Translations under genes and position numbers: made by a program | Notes under the pieces: generated by a model | The model's database searches: none | What the model saw: only the letters and a program-made list of their open reading frames with translations | Told to the model about the DNA's origin: nothing | From: Candidatus Bathyarchaeia archaeon | GTDB lineage: Archaea; Thermoproteota; Bathyarchaeia; Bathyarchaeales; Bathycorpusculaceae | Direction of reading: 5' to 3' | Assembly: GCA_038883855.1 (NCBI GenBank) | Contig: JAVZLH010000003.1 | Location: 32,001 to 96,000 of the forward strand | Length of the DNA: 64,000 nt | Shown here: one piece after another, positions 52,774 through 63,020 of the stretch | Layout of the letters: each line of letters starts with the position of its first letter | Numbering within the stretch: position 1 is the stretch's first letter

Positions 52774-53964
52774 ATGGCGAAAATGAAGTATTTGGCAGCA
52801 TGGCCGGGTAGACTTGAGGTTCGAGAATGCGATATTCCAGAGCCAAAAGAAGGTCAAATACGTGTAAAAATAGAGTACGGTGGAATTTGCGGCACAGACA
52901 TACACGTCCTCGAGGAAGGGTTCGGTCCCCATAGAATTAGTGGAGCAGCAACTTACCCGCTAGTGTTAGGGCATGAGTACTCTGCTGTTATAGACAAGAA
53001 AGGGCCAAAAGCAGATGAAAAGATGTTCTACCATACAGAAAAAATTCCAGAGGTAGGGGACCGGGTTTATTACGGCGTAGACTACTACAACTACATGAGT
53101 CCTTTCACAATACGTGGCGCTGGTCAATGGGGAGGCCAATGGTTTTACGGTTTCTGTCCAATTGAAATGGGAGTGCGTGGTGCATGGGGTCAATATGTTA
53201 TCCTTGAACCTTACACCCATATCTGGAATATGAGCGAAGTTTCAGCCGAAGCCACAACGTTTGCCGAAATAAACACCGTTGGGCTTAGACAAGTCAACAG
53301 AGCTCTGACGATGGCATCGGTATCCAGTTTTGATAGAGAGTTTGAGCTAGGAAATGCTTTGGTTTTGATATACGGTGCTGGACCAATAGGCAATGCCGTC
53401 CTTCTCAACGTAAAACGCCACATGCCACTATCAGAAGTGATTCAAGTGGACCTGAATGACCATAGATTGGAAGTTGCAAAGAAAAATGGTGCGGACTATA
53501 CAATTAATGCTAAAAAAACTACGCCCGCTGAAAGAGAAGAAATAATAAAGGACATAGCCACAAGGAAACCGAGACCAGACCTGGGAAGCGCGTGGGGAGT
53601 GGACATAGTATTTGATTGTACAGGAAGGAACGCAAATGACGTGATTCCAGAAGGCATAAAAATGTGCAGACCTGGAGCAATTTTCATCGAAACTGGAGCA
53701 TACGTCTTTAAGACAACCGGAACATTCACTTTGGATCCTCATGAATTCTGCACCAGAGAAATCATCATTACCTCCGGCTGGGCATACCCATTCTCCACAA
53801 TAGACGAATCCCTGAGGATGTTGCTGAAGGACAAAGATCTGCAAAGAAAATATGCTGCAATGATAACCCACAAACACGCTCTTGACGAGGGAATGGAAGC
53901 AATAAAATCAGCCATGCCACCGAGGTATGAGGGAGTAAAACACGTTTTTGACCCGTGGAAGTAA
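52774..53964 (+). CDS. Zn-dependent medium-chain alcohol/polyol dehydrogenase
   Basis: GICGTD, LGHE, GDRV, GAGPIG, DIVFDCTG; GGAGG RBS before the ATG at 52774. Confidence 0.88.
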   Translation: MAKMKYLAAWPGRLEVRECDIPEPKEGQIRVKIEYGGICGTDIHVLEEGFGPHRISGAATYPLVLGHEYSAVIDKKGPKADEKMFYHTEKIPEVGDRVYYGVDYYNYMSPFTIRGAGQWGGQWFYGFCPIEMGVRGAWGQYVILEPYTHIWNMSEVSAEATTFAEINTVGLRQVNRALTMASVSSFDREFELGNALVLIYGAGPIGNAVLLNVKRHMPLSEVIQVDLNDHRLEVAKKNGADYTINAKKTTPAEREEIIKDIATRKPRPDLGSAWGVDIVFDCTGRNANDVIPEGIKMCRPGAIFIETGAYVFKTTGTFTLDPHEFCTREIIITSGWAYPFSTIDESLRMLLKDKDLQRKYAAMITHKHALDEGMEAIKSAMPPRYEGVKHVFDPWK

Positions 53965-54226
53965 AATAGAAACCCAACATCTTCCTTTTTTTATATAATA
54001 CCTTAATTTTTGTTAAATTTCTTTTATACTAAAAATTACCAAACTATCTTTAAATTCAAATCTAATCTTTAGGTTAGTCTATCGTTGACATCAAGGTAAA
54101 AGTACTTCCTAGAAAAGCGGCAGTTTTAAAACATTGTCGATCGCTTACAATATATAAGTAAAGTTAATTAATGTGGAGGGAAACTTTTTATTTTCCCAAG
54201 TTAACTAGTCCCAAAGGGAAGGTATA

Positions 54227-55387
54227 ATGGACTTAATTGGATACGAAAGAGATGACGGATCTGTAGGTGTACGCAACCATGTGCTAGTGCTTCCTTCTGT
54301 GGCATGCGCGATGGAAGTTGCAATGCGTGTTGCCAACCAAGTGGAAGGGGCGAAGGCTCTCATTCACCATCAAGGGTGTACTCAAATGGGATTAGATCTT
54401 GAGATTACGCAACGTACACTGGCTGCTTTGGGTAGAAACCCAAATGTGGGAGCTGTCCTAATAGTTAGCCAAGGTTGCGAAAGTGTATCCGTAGAACGAT
54501 TAGCTGACGACATCGCCAAAGTTGGAAAGCCCGTTGAAATAGTAACAATTCAAGAGTTAGGAGGAGTTGTTAAAACAGTAGCGCGCGGCGTTAGCATCGC
54601 AAGAAAGATGGTGCAAGAAGTCTCTCAAATCAGGAGGAAAACTTTCGATGTGAGTGACTTAACTATAGGTATTAAGTGCGGTGCGTCTGATGCAACATCT
54701 GGTATAGCTTCAAATCCAGCGGTTGGGGTAGCGTCGGACAAAATCCTGAATAATGGAGGAACTGTGATTTTCGGTGAAACTACTGAATTAATAGGAGCTG
54801 AGCATATAATAGCTAAGAGAACTGTTAGTGATGTGGTAAGTAAAAAAATCTATGAAATTGTTGAAAGGATGGAGAACAGGGCAAAGGAGGTTGGAGTAGA
54901 CATGAGAGGTACACAACCAACCCCAGGAAACATAAAGGGAGGGTTGACAACAATCGAAGAAAAGTCTCTAGGAACTATACGCAAAGCTGGGACATCCTTA
55001 ATACAAGGAGTACTTGAATACGCTGAAAGCCCAAAGGGAAAAGGACTATATGTAATGGATACTCCTGGAAGAGAACCTGAGGCATTGACGGGATTTGTTG
55101 CAGGAGGAGCGCAAATATTATTATTTACAACTGGAAGAGGTGCAACACAAGGATATCCTATTGTACCTGTTATCAAGATAACCGGAAACTCAGAGACTTA
55201 TAAAAAAATGATCGATGACATTGATATAGACGTAAGCTCTATTATTGAAGGAAAAGAAACAATTGAGGAGGCGGGTAACCGAATATACCTCGAAATTCTA
55301 AAGGTAGCTTCAGGCAAAAAAACTAAAGCTGAATCTTTTGGGTGCGCAGAACCCGCGGATATTTACAGAATTGGACACACTTTTTAA
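54227..55387 (+). CDS. UxaA/GarD/SuyB-family dehydratase or lyase, large subunit
   Basis: GYERDDGSVGVRNHV, NPNVGAV, KCGASD, GETTELIGAE, PGNIKGGLTTIEEKSLG, FTTGRG. Confidence 0.9.
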   Translation: MDLIGYERDDGSVGVRNHVLVLPSVACAMEVAMRVANQVEGAKALIHHQGCTQMGLDLEITQRTLAALGRNPNVGAVLIVSQGCESVSVERLADDIAKVGKPVEIVTIQELGGVVKTVARGVSIARKMVQEVSQIRRKTFDVSDLTIGIKCGASDATSGIASNPAVGVASDKILNNGGTVIFGETTELIGAEHIIAKRTVSDVVSKKIYEIVERMENRAKEVGVDMRGTQPTPGNIKGGLTTIEEKSLGTIRKAGTSLIQGVLEYAESPKGKGLYVMDTPGREPEALTGFVAGGAQILLFTTGRGATQGYPIVPVIKITGNSETYKKMIDDIDIDVSSIIEGKETIEEAGNRIYLEILKVASGKKTKAESFGCAEPADIYRIGHTF

Positions 55388-55406
55388 TGATAAGGAAGGG
55401 AATTGT

Positions 55407-55682
55407 ATGGGAAAAGCAATAGTAATCGATCCTAAGGATAATGTCGCAACAGCATTAAGCGAAATTAGCTCAGGGGAAGTTGTTGAAATAAAGATAGGAA
55501 AAATCGTGAAAAATATCCAGGCAAAAAACACTATACCTTTTGGGCACAAACTCGCAATAAAAAGAATAGAAAAAGGAGAAGCTGTAATAAAATACGGAGA
55601 AGCAATAGGCAAAGCTACGAGAACAATAGAAGAAGGAGAACATGCACACATACATAACATAGAAAGCACACGAGGCCGATAA
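55407..55682 (+). CDS. SAF-domain small subunit of the UxaA-family lyase
   Basis: DNVATAL, IPFGHKLA, VIKYGEAIG, GEHAHIHNIES. Confidence 0.9.
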   Translation: MGKAIVIDPKDNVATALSEISSGEVVEIKIGKIVKNIQAKNTIPFGHKLAIKRIEKGEAVIKYGEAIGKATRTIEEGEHAHIHNIESTRGR

Positions 55683-55878
55683 AATGGCCACAAAAATTTG
55701 CTTCGCTTTACAAGCGAGTTTGACAGCATCAAACCATGTCTTCGGTGGTCATCTGAAAAGAAAAAGTCAATTGACTCCTCATGCAATTACTTTTTATTCG
55801 GCAAGTTATCAAAGTAAAGAAAGAGATGCATGTGCAATGCATTCACCACTATACTTTAAATTTGGAGGAAAATAAAAA

Positions 55879-57099
55879 ATGGATTTGAGAGAGAAATTGA
55901 ATTTACATATATCAGAGATAAAAAAAGCACTGTTTGGTATGGATGAAGTAATAAAAATTTTTTGTCTTACAAAAGCAGTTGGTCTCTCCACTCTACTTCT
56001 AGGGGATCATGGAGTAGCAAAATCCGATCTATTCCGGAAATGGTCTATTAGCTGCGGACTTGACTACAGGATTGTGACAAGTTCTGAGGTTGATGAAGGG
56101 CTTTTAGCCTATATAGATCCTGCTCATTTCAGAAAATATAACGAGGTTAAAATGAGACCTGGTGAACTAATGCTCAGGGACCACATATTAATTGATGAAT
56201 ATTTCTTGTGGAACAATAAGTACCGAGCAAAACTTCACCAGCTTCTGGAAGAAGGGACATATGCTGGATGTAAAGTCCAAACTAAAGCATACACATTTTC
56301 TTCAACTCCACTAACCGAATATTACGCTGGGCAAATTTCCGACGTTAACATTGCAACCCAAGATCGGATTGATACGGTTCTTCTCATGTTCCAACCTGAC
56401 ATTACTTCCACCGAAAAGCTTCTTAGGAAGTTTTCGGAGCAAGGTGCACATGAAGACGTCCCCCAGGAAAAATATACGCCAAAGCAAGTCATCTCATGGG
56501 ATGATTATATCCAAATGAAGAAAGAAATTCTAAAAGTAGAAATACCGCCAGAAACTGCTAGATGGCTTATTCTTTTCGCTGAATCTATGTCTTCTTGTAA
56601 ATATGTCAATTCTAAGTTTGGTGTATCGAAAGCTGAACTGCGAAAATTGTGCCGGGGATGTAACGAGCAGGAGAATATTTGTTCCCGAGTAGCAATCAGC
56701 AAACCTAGGTTTATACGAGCTACTGTATTACTAGCAAAGGCGATTGCTTGGTTTAATAAGAGAAATTTTGTAGACGTTAGTGATGTGCGAGAAGCTATAA
56801 AGTATACTCTACCACATCGACTTGTATTTCTAAGACGAGAAAGAAATATTCAAGAAGCATTTAGTTATGTAAACAGATTAGTTGCAACATTTGATGAGGA
56901 GTATGATAACTGGAAAAGCAGAGGGATATTTCAAACGTTGGAAGCCATTTCAGCAAATGCCAAATCTTATGGCGAAAGGCAATCTGAACAAGAGTTAGTT
57001 GATAAACTTTTGGTAGAAACTCAGGAGTGCTTGCCGATTAGCAAATATGTTACTGAAACCATTAAAAATCTAGAAATACCGACGAAATACGATAATTAA
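55879..57099 (+). CDS. MoxR/RavA-like AAA+ ATPase
   Basis: Walker A variant GDHGVAKS, Walker B ILIDE, ATQDRID arginine finger, LPHRL; VWA gene downstream. Confidence 0.8.
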   Translation: MDLREKLNLHISEIKKALFGMDEVIKIFCLTKAVGLSTLLLGDHGVAKSDLFRKWSISCGLDYRIVTSSEVDEGLLAYIDPAHFRKYNEVKMRPGELMLRDHILIDEYFLWNNKYRAKLHQLLEEGTYAGCKVQTKAYTFSSTPLTEYYAGQISDVNIATQDRIDTVLLMFQPDITSTEKLLRKFSEQGAHEDVPQEKYTPKQVISWDDYIQMKKEILKVEIPPETARWLILFAESMSSCKYVNSKFGVSKAELRKLCRGCNEQENICSRVAISKPRFIRATVLLAKAIAWFNKRNFVDVSDVREAIKYTLPHRLVFLRRERNIQEAFSYVNRLVATFDEEYDNWKSRGIFQTLEAISANAKSYGERQSEQELVDKLLVETQECLPISKYVTETIKNLEIPTKYDN

Positions 57100-57145
57100 A
57101 TTCTTTAGAATATCTCTTAAGCATGTTTAAAATTAAAATTTAAGT

Positions 57146-58066
57146 GTGACTTTGATGGAAGGTATATTAGGCATCGAGATGTTAGATTCCGAAGAAATCG
57201 TTCTCATAACTCCAGATAAGGTAGCCCAGATAAGACAAGAAATAAAAGATAGTCTAATTAAGTGCAGAAGAATATGTAATCCTATCAGTCCCAGAATGCG
57301 TTTGGTGTTTCATGTTCATCCTGAAGAAAGATACGAAAGCGACGTGGGTGTTCTTAAAATTCTGACACCTGTTTGGAGAGGAAAAACTTTTACAGAAGCA
57401 GTAATAATGCATGAACTTCTACGTTGGTGTATATATCCAAAAGATAAACATAGATTAGAGAAGGATATATTAACTGCGAGAAGGATGTTGGCCAAAGAAT
57501 TGTCTTTCAAACCCAAGAAAACAAATTCGCTATACGACGATGATTGGACAGGTTTCGGGTATACTCTCAATGAGTTAGCGTTTGCGGCAGATATGTTAGG
57601 CCGTTATTTAGTTAATCTTCATTTATATTATCATTATAATGATTTGTGGAATAAAATATGGCATTATTTCCATCCAGATGCCGCATTTCTTAGTAGCAGC
57701 AGGTGGCCACCTAAGATCGACTATATTCGTCTTTTGTACTTAGTTACGTATCCAAAGTTGATGCCTAATTTACAAAAAATAAATCTGAATGTCGCTGAGA
57801 TAGAGTCAGATTCAAGAAAAATAGCGACTCTCATTGAGAAAACCCGAAAAGGGGAGATGAGCAAAGCATTTGCTTTAAAAGAACTAACTAAGATAATTCA
57901 TAAATACCTAAAAAGGATGGATGAAGAAAGAAGGAATAAAGGAAACGGATTTGATCAGGAGAATACACCCAAATGTCCACGATGTGGAAGTGAAGAATTT
58001 GAGATAGTTGCATACCAAGACGAAAAAACAGGTAGCTGGATCACTTTAAAAGAGGGTTCTACTTGA
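57146..58066 (+). CDS. Hypothetical protein with a degenerate HExxH-like motif and a C-terminal CxxC
   Basis: AVIMHELLRW and terminal CPRCGS; sits between the MoxR and VWA genes. Confidence 0.7.
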   Translation: MTLMEGILGIEMLDSEEIVLITPDKVAQIRQEIKDSLIKCRRICNPISPRMRLVFHVHPEERYESDVGVLKILTPVWRGKTFTEAVIMHELLRWCIYPKDKHRLEKDILTARRMLAKELSFKPKKTNSLYDDDWTGFGYTLNELAFAADMLGRYLVNLHLYYHYNDLWNKIWHYFHPDAAFLSSSRWPPKIDYIRLLYLVTYPKLMPNLQKINLNVAEIESDSRKIATLIEKTRKGEMSKAFALKELTKIIHKYLKRMDEERRNKGNGFDQENTPKCPRCGSEEFEIVAYQDEKTGSWITLKEGST

Positions 58067-59088
58067 AAGTTAGGGTTCGATGTTGCAAGTGTGGGTGGGA
58101 ATCGACTGGAGAGATAAATCTTTCTCCACTAGACGTTCTTGCACCAAAAGAACCTAACCTCAACCTTGAGGATCAGAAACAGCAAATTCAGAACCTTCTA
58201 GGTACCGCTACGGGAGCCTCTGATAGTGGAATAAGGAATCCAGACATTAAGGTCACTAAAGAAAGTGATATAGAGGAGGATGAACTCAATGAAATCTACG
58301 ATTTCATACTGCGCGATATAGTTTATACTAACGATAGGAGATTATCCACTGGAGATAAATACAAAATATCCGCTGTCCCATGGAGAATGGGTGATCAATT
58401 CAAGGATGTGGATATAACCTCTTCAGAAGTAAAGGCGCTAGGAATTGAGGACTTAAGATGGATACCTGGATTTAGTCTTCAGGTTAAAGAATACGATTTT
58501 GTCAAATCGAATGACAAAGAAATGTTGAGGGGATCGAGATTTATCGTTTTTCTTGACGTCTCTGGCAGTATGTTTGCAGAGGGTTCTATGGACAGACTGC
58601 CTTACGCGGGGATGCCTAAATCGATGCCGAAGACAAAGATAGGTAAGGCATTACTAATAGCTGAAAGAATTTATCAATTATGCAAACGTTTAGATGTGGA
58701 GTTTAATCTGGCAGTTTTTTCGGACACGGCGGCTAGAATACCTGCCGATAAGTTAGATACTTTTTTCAACCTAACGTTTTCCCCCGGTCTATTTGCTGGA
58801 GGAACAACCTTATCTAAGGCTCTGTCTTTGTATACTAGCAAGGAATATAAGAATAGCAATCTGTTAATTATAAGCGATATGGATTTGGCTGATGCGGAAA
58901 AAACTAAGGATCAAATAAAAAAGATAGGCAGGGTAACCAACTCTTTCAAAATATTGCTTTTTCCGAGTTCTCCACGTGCGCATACACCTGTTCAGTTTGA
59001 AGATCTTAAACGTGAACAACAGCGTAAAGTCAAGAATATATTTTCAGGCTACAATGTCAAAATTTTGAGGATTTACTTAACTAAATAA
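58063..59088 (+). CDS. von Willebrand factor A (VWA) domain protein
   Basis: MIDAS residues DVSGSM, GGTT and IISD; N-terminal CCKCGW. Confidence 0.82.
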   Translation: MKVRVRCCKCGWESTGEINLSPLDVLAPKEPNLNLEDQKQQIQNLLGTATGASDSGIRNPDIKVTKESDIEEDELNEIYDFILRDIVYTNDRRLSTGDKYKISAVPWRMGDQFKDVDITSSEVKALGIEDLRWIPGFSLQVKEYDFVKSNDKEMLRGSRFIVFLDVSGSMFAEGSMDRLPYAGMPKSMPKTKIGKALLIAERIYQLCKRLDVEFNLAVFSDTAARIPADKLDTFFNLTFSPGLFAGGTTLSKALSLYTSKEYKNSNLLIISDMDLADAEKTKDQIKKIGRVTNSFKILLFPSSPRAHTPVQFEDLKREQQRKVKNIFSGYNVKILRIYLTK

Positions 59089-59373
59089 GCTCTAGTTTCA
59101 CTCTAAATGCCCATTTTAAAACTGCATTTCAAGTTAGGTGTCTAACATTTAAAATTTAACTTATCATGCTCTAGGTGAACGCAAATTTGCTTAACTTAGA
59201 AGTGGGCCCCATCAGCACCTCTTCGGCATAAACCTTTTCAAAAGTTGTGTTTTAACCCGCGCAGTGTTTAACAAATACTCGCGACTGTACCCAGAATCAT
59301 TAAGTGCGTGTCTTGGTTAAATGGCCATTTAATAAAGTTAAAAAATGGGAAAAATGGGGGAAAGGGGTGGGGG

Positions 59374-60207
59374 TTATTTTTCCGTTTTCGGAAGACTGGG
59401 CCTAATTAGGAAGTCGTAGAAGTACGCAGCGATGACGCCGCCAACTATTGTGGAGATAGTTGGAACCCACCAGAGACCTCTGGAACCTGGAAAAGCCATT
59501 TCACCCCATCCCATTAGGTAAGCCCAGATTCTTGGGCCTAAATCTCGAACTGGGCCAAATGCACACATGCCGATAGGTGCCTCAATAGCGATCCCTATGG
59601 CAATTACAAGTCCAATGATGACCGCTGCACCCAAGCCACCTGGTCGCCCAGGATTCCTTTCGTCAATCAAAGCGAAAATCATTAGCACCAAAAAGAAGGC
59701 CATTGCAGCTTCTGCAAAGAAATACAGCGCTGGAGGTATGATGTCGTAGGACCACCCCATAGCTGACCTAATCGCTGGATGCGGACTGCTACAGTAGAAC
59801 AACATTCCACTGAGTTCACTGCCCACCTGACCCCGTACTATCCCCATTTTTGTTTCAAAATCTACAATGTAGGGTTCCCACATGTAGTATACTAGCGCTC
59901 CACCACCTATTATCGCGCCTATCAATTGAGAGATCATGTATGCAATGCCATCTTTCACGGGCATCTTTCTACGCAGCATCATTGGGATTGTTACTTGCCA
60001 GTTAAGTTGTGCGCCTGAAATGCTTCCAACCAAATAAACGGCGAAAGCCACCGCTCCTCCCCAAATTAGTCCAACGGCCCATAAGTTGTAGAGATTAACA
60101 GCACCCAAAGCTACTCCGCAGACTACGCTGGAGTTTCCGATGAACAGCACAAGGGCGATTCCAACGAATTCAGCAAAGCATCTTTTTCCTAAATTTGGCG
60201 AACTCAA
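59374..60207 (-). CDS. MIP-family channel (GlpF/aquaglyceroporin-like) with both NPA motifs replaced
   Basis: AEFVG, ISGAQLNWQVT, YMISQLIGA, FGPVRDLGPR, WWVP. The TTG at 60207 is preceded by GAGGAG. Confidence 0.85.
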   Translation of the reverse strand: MSSPNLGKRCFAEFVGIALVLFIGNSSVVCGVALGAVNLYNLWAVGLIWGGAVAFAVYLVGSISGAQLNWQVTIPMMLRRKMPVKDGIAYMISQLIGAIIGGGALVYYMWEPYIVDFETKMGIVRGQVGSELSGMLFYCSSPHPAIRSAMGWSYDIIPPALYFFAEAAMAFFLVLMIFALIDERNPGRPGGLGAAVIIGLVIAIGIAIEAPIGMCAFGPVRDLGPRIWAYLMGWGEMAFPGSRGLWWVPTISTIVGGVIAAYFYDFLIRPSLPKTEK

Positions 60208-60567
60208 CTCAAAGCTCCTCTCCTTCCACTTTAACAAACGTTCTACATTTTTCGTGTATGACGTATAAAAGGTTTTCCTAATATCTGATGTTGACCCAGA
60301 ATTTTTGGCTTTCTTTGATGTTATATAAGACTCCAGCGGCATATTTTGGCAGATTTCGTCTTTACGTTTGTTTTGTTCTACCTCTCCAATCTTTCCCTTT
60401 ATTACATTTGTTCTTTTTCTAACAATAGGGTTTGAGTTTGCCACCGCTCTGCTCTGATTATGCCTTCGTAAATCCCTTTAAAATAAGATAGCCAGTACAA
60501 CGATTGCAAATAAATTGCTGTGTGTGTACTAATTATTTTTCAGTCTTCAGCTTTATGGGAATAGAAG

Positions 60568-62646
60568 TCACTCAATGGCCGAAATAACTATTTCTGTGAT
60601 ATCCTTTACTGACAGCTTGTCATCTAACCCCTCTTCTTTGGCAGCTTCTTCGAGCATAATTAAACAAGAAGGGCATGCCACTGCCAGAATGTCAGCACCA
60701 GTTTCATATGCTTCTCTAACTCTTGACCTGCTGGGGCTTCTCTCGTTTTCGGTTATTAAGCCGCATCCAAAACCTGTATAACAGTTTCCACTTCCTCCTC
60801 CGCAACAGAAAGAGTTTTGTTTGTTCCTTTTCATCTCGACAATGTTGATTCCCGGAATAGCTTCCAAAATGCTTCTTGGAGCTTCATATTCATTGTTCCA
60901 TCTGCCCAAAAAACAGGGGTCATGATATGTTACGCGCTTGTGGACCGCTTTTTCGCGGAATCTAAGCTTTCCGTTTTGGATAAGCTCCCAGAGTAGTTGT
61001 GTATAATGCTTCACGTCAAACCCGCCACCAAAATTGCCATAACAGTTCTTCATAACATTGTAAGAGTGAGGTGACAGGGCAACAATTTTCTCAACATTTA
61101 GCCCTTTAAATAACTCTACGTTAGACTTAGATATGTCCTCAAATAAGCCCGCCTCACCAACCTCGTATGCCTCACTGCCAGAACAGCTTTCATGTACGCC
61201 TAGAATTCCAAATGAAACCCCTGCCAAAGACAATATTTTTGCTAATGTTTTTGCCACAATCTGAGCTCTTGGATCATATGAACCCATGTCGCCTACATAA
61301 TAGAGAAACTCTACACCAGGTTTATATCTAGGTACATTCGCATCCGCCCAGCCATCCCTTTTTGCAGGGGGCAACCCGAAAGGATTTCTGTATTTGTAAA
61401 TGTTCTCCAACATGTCTTTGACTTTAAGCGGCAAACGGCCATCTTCAATGCTTTGCGATCTAAGTCTTCTACAAATTTCGGCGCTGTCAACATTAACAGG
61501 GCAGGAACTCTTGCACGCCTTACAAAGAAGGCAAAACCACGATAATGATTTAGCGTTTTCCACACTCTCAGTTATTGCGGTCAATCCTACGCCCATAGGT
61601 CCTCCATATACTTTTCCGCCCCACACATTCGCACTAATGTCCCAAATTGGACACATAACTTGGCATCGTCCACACTTAATACAAAGCAACTGTTCTTTTA
61701 ATACCGGGTCTTTTGCGGCTTTTATTCGCCCACCATCATAAAGTATCACGTGAACTTTCTTAGGTCCATGAACACCATAAACTCTATAATACTCTATGTC
61801 TGCTGTACTACTAACGCCGCTAATTACATTGACGTAAGTTGGTGGATATAACCCGGCATATGCGCTCTGCACCATCAGTTGTAAGATGGCGTCTTTAAAT
61901 GTTGGCATAATTTTGTCAACACTCGCCACTATTATAAGGACCGGTGGAAGAGCAGCTACGTTGCTTATGTTGCCTTCGTTATGTACAAGGAACACAGATC
62001 CTGTATCCGCAGCAATAACATTTGCTCCGGTGATTCCAATATCTGCGTTCACGAATTTTTCTCTGAGAAACTCTCTAACATAACTGACTAATTCCTCATG
62101 TTTCGCCTCCTTGCTTATCGGCAACCCTATGTGTTGTCCAAGTAATTGTGATGCCCGCTCCCTGCTTATATGAATCGCCGGAGATACAGTGTGCATCGGT
62201 TTTTCTTTGGATATCTGTATTAATAACTCTCCTAGATCAGTTTCATAAACCTCGTGTCCTTTTTCAGCTAGATGTCCACGCAACGAAATTTCGTCGGTTA
62301 CAAGTGATTTGGATTTTACAATTATCTTCTTTCCTTCGCCAATGATCTTATTAATAATTTCCACGGCTTCTTCTGGGTTGCTTGCAAAGTATGCATGTCC
62401 ACCAATAACAGTTATACTCTTCATCGTTTGATCGATGTAGTATTCTAGATTGCCCAGAACCTTCTCTCGGGTAGTTCTAACGTATTCCGCTATTTCAGCA
62501 TGTTCTCGTAACCTACTTAAAGACATATCTACAGCATTGGTGAAATTGATTATCGCCCTTGTAATGCCCACCTGAAAATCTGAATCATTTTGCGCTTTCA
62601 TAATCCACTCGGCAATTTCCTCAACCCTCATTTCCTCAAGCCTCAT
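60568..62646 (-). CDS. LUD/LutB-domain, 4Fe-4S and CCG-domain oxidoreductase (lactate-utilisation/HdrD-like fusion)
   Basis: KSKS, ETDLGE, GITGAN, NEGN, TADIE, GVHGP, two ferredoxin CxxCxxCxxxCP motifs, YHDPCFLGR, CCGGG, ACPSC. Confidence 0.88.
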   Translation of the reverse strand: MRLEEMRVEEIAEWIMKAQNDSDFQVGITRAIINFTNAVDMSLSRLREHAEIAEYVRTTREKVLGNLEYYIDQTMKSITVIGGHAYFASNPEEAVEIINKIIGEGKKIIVKSKSLVTDEISLRGHLAEKGHEVYETDLGELLIQISKEKPMHTVSPAIHISRERASQLLGQHIGLPISKEAKHEELVSYVREFLREKFVNADIGITGANVIAADTGSVFLVHNEGNISNVAALPPVLIIVASVDKIMPTFKDAILQLMVQSAYAGLYPPTYVNVISGVSSTADIEYYRVYGVHGPKKVHVILYDGGRIKAAKDPVLKEQLLCIKCGRCQVMCPIWDISANVWGGKVYGGPMGVGLTAITESVENAKSLSWFCLLCKACKSSCPVNVDSAEICRRLRSQSIEDGRLPLKVKDMLENIYKYRNPFGLPPAKRDGWADANVPRYKPGVEFLYYVGDMGSYDPRAQIVAKTLAKILSLAGVSFGILGVHESCSGSEAYEVGEAGLFEDISKSNVELFKGLNVEKIVALSPHSYNVMKNCYGNFGGGFDVKHYTQLLWELIQNGKLRFREKAVHKRVTYHDPCFLGRWNNEYEAPRSILEAIPGINIVEMKRNKQNSFCCGGGSGNCYTGFGCGLITENERSPSRSRVREAYETGADILAVACPSCLIMLEEAAKEEGLDDKLSVKDITEIVISAIE

Positions 62647-63020
62647 TACTTTTCATAACGAAACTCGGTTCCATTCTTCAACTGTTGTTACTTTTTCTTT
62701 CTTTTAAATTTTTGTGCTTCTTTAAGCACCATTGATGCATATCTCTGTATGTATTCTTAAGCGCACGCTGATATCCACTTAATGGCCTTTTCGACTTTTT
62801 GCCAGACGTTAGAGCTCTTTATATGCTTGTTTGTCATTATAGTTTGTTGACTGCGCGGCATAGAGTTGCGTTAGTTTTGTTTTTAAATTCTTTATGCAGC
62901 AGAATTAGTGTTTTTAACTATTTGATGAATGCGAATGTTTGGTTTATGAAGTAGTGGGATGAGGCTTGGGAAAATGTGTTTCTGGAAGTTGAAGCTTACG
63001 GTACTTAAAGTAGATGACCA

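Noticed and set aside
54227-55682. Definite sulfolactate sulfo-lyase SuyAB
   Set aside because: The split architecture fits, but HHQGC and GCE look more like UxaA/GarD than SuyB as I recall it; the substrate is left unassigned.
60208-60444. 79-aa N-terminal extension on the MIP channel
   Set aside because: A TTG at 60207 with a GAGGAG RBS sits right at the start of the MIP fold; the extension is probably untranslated.
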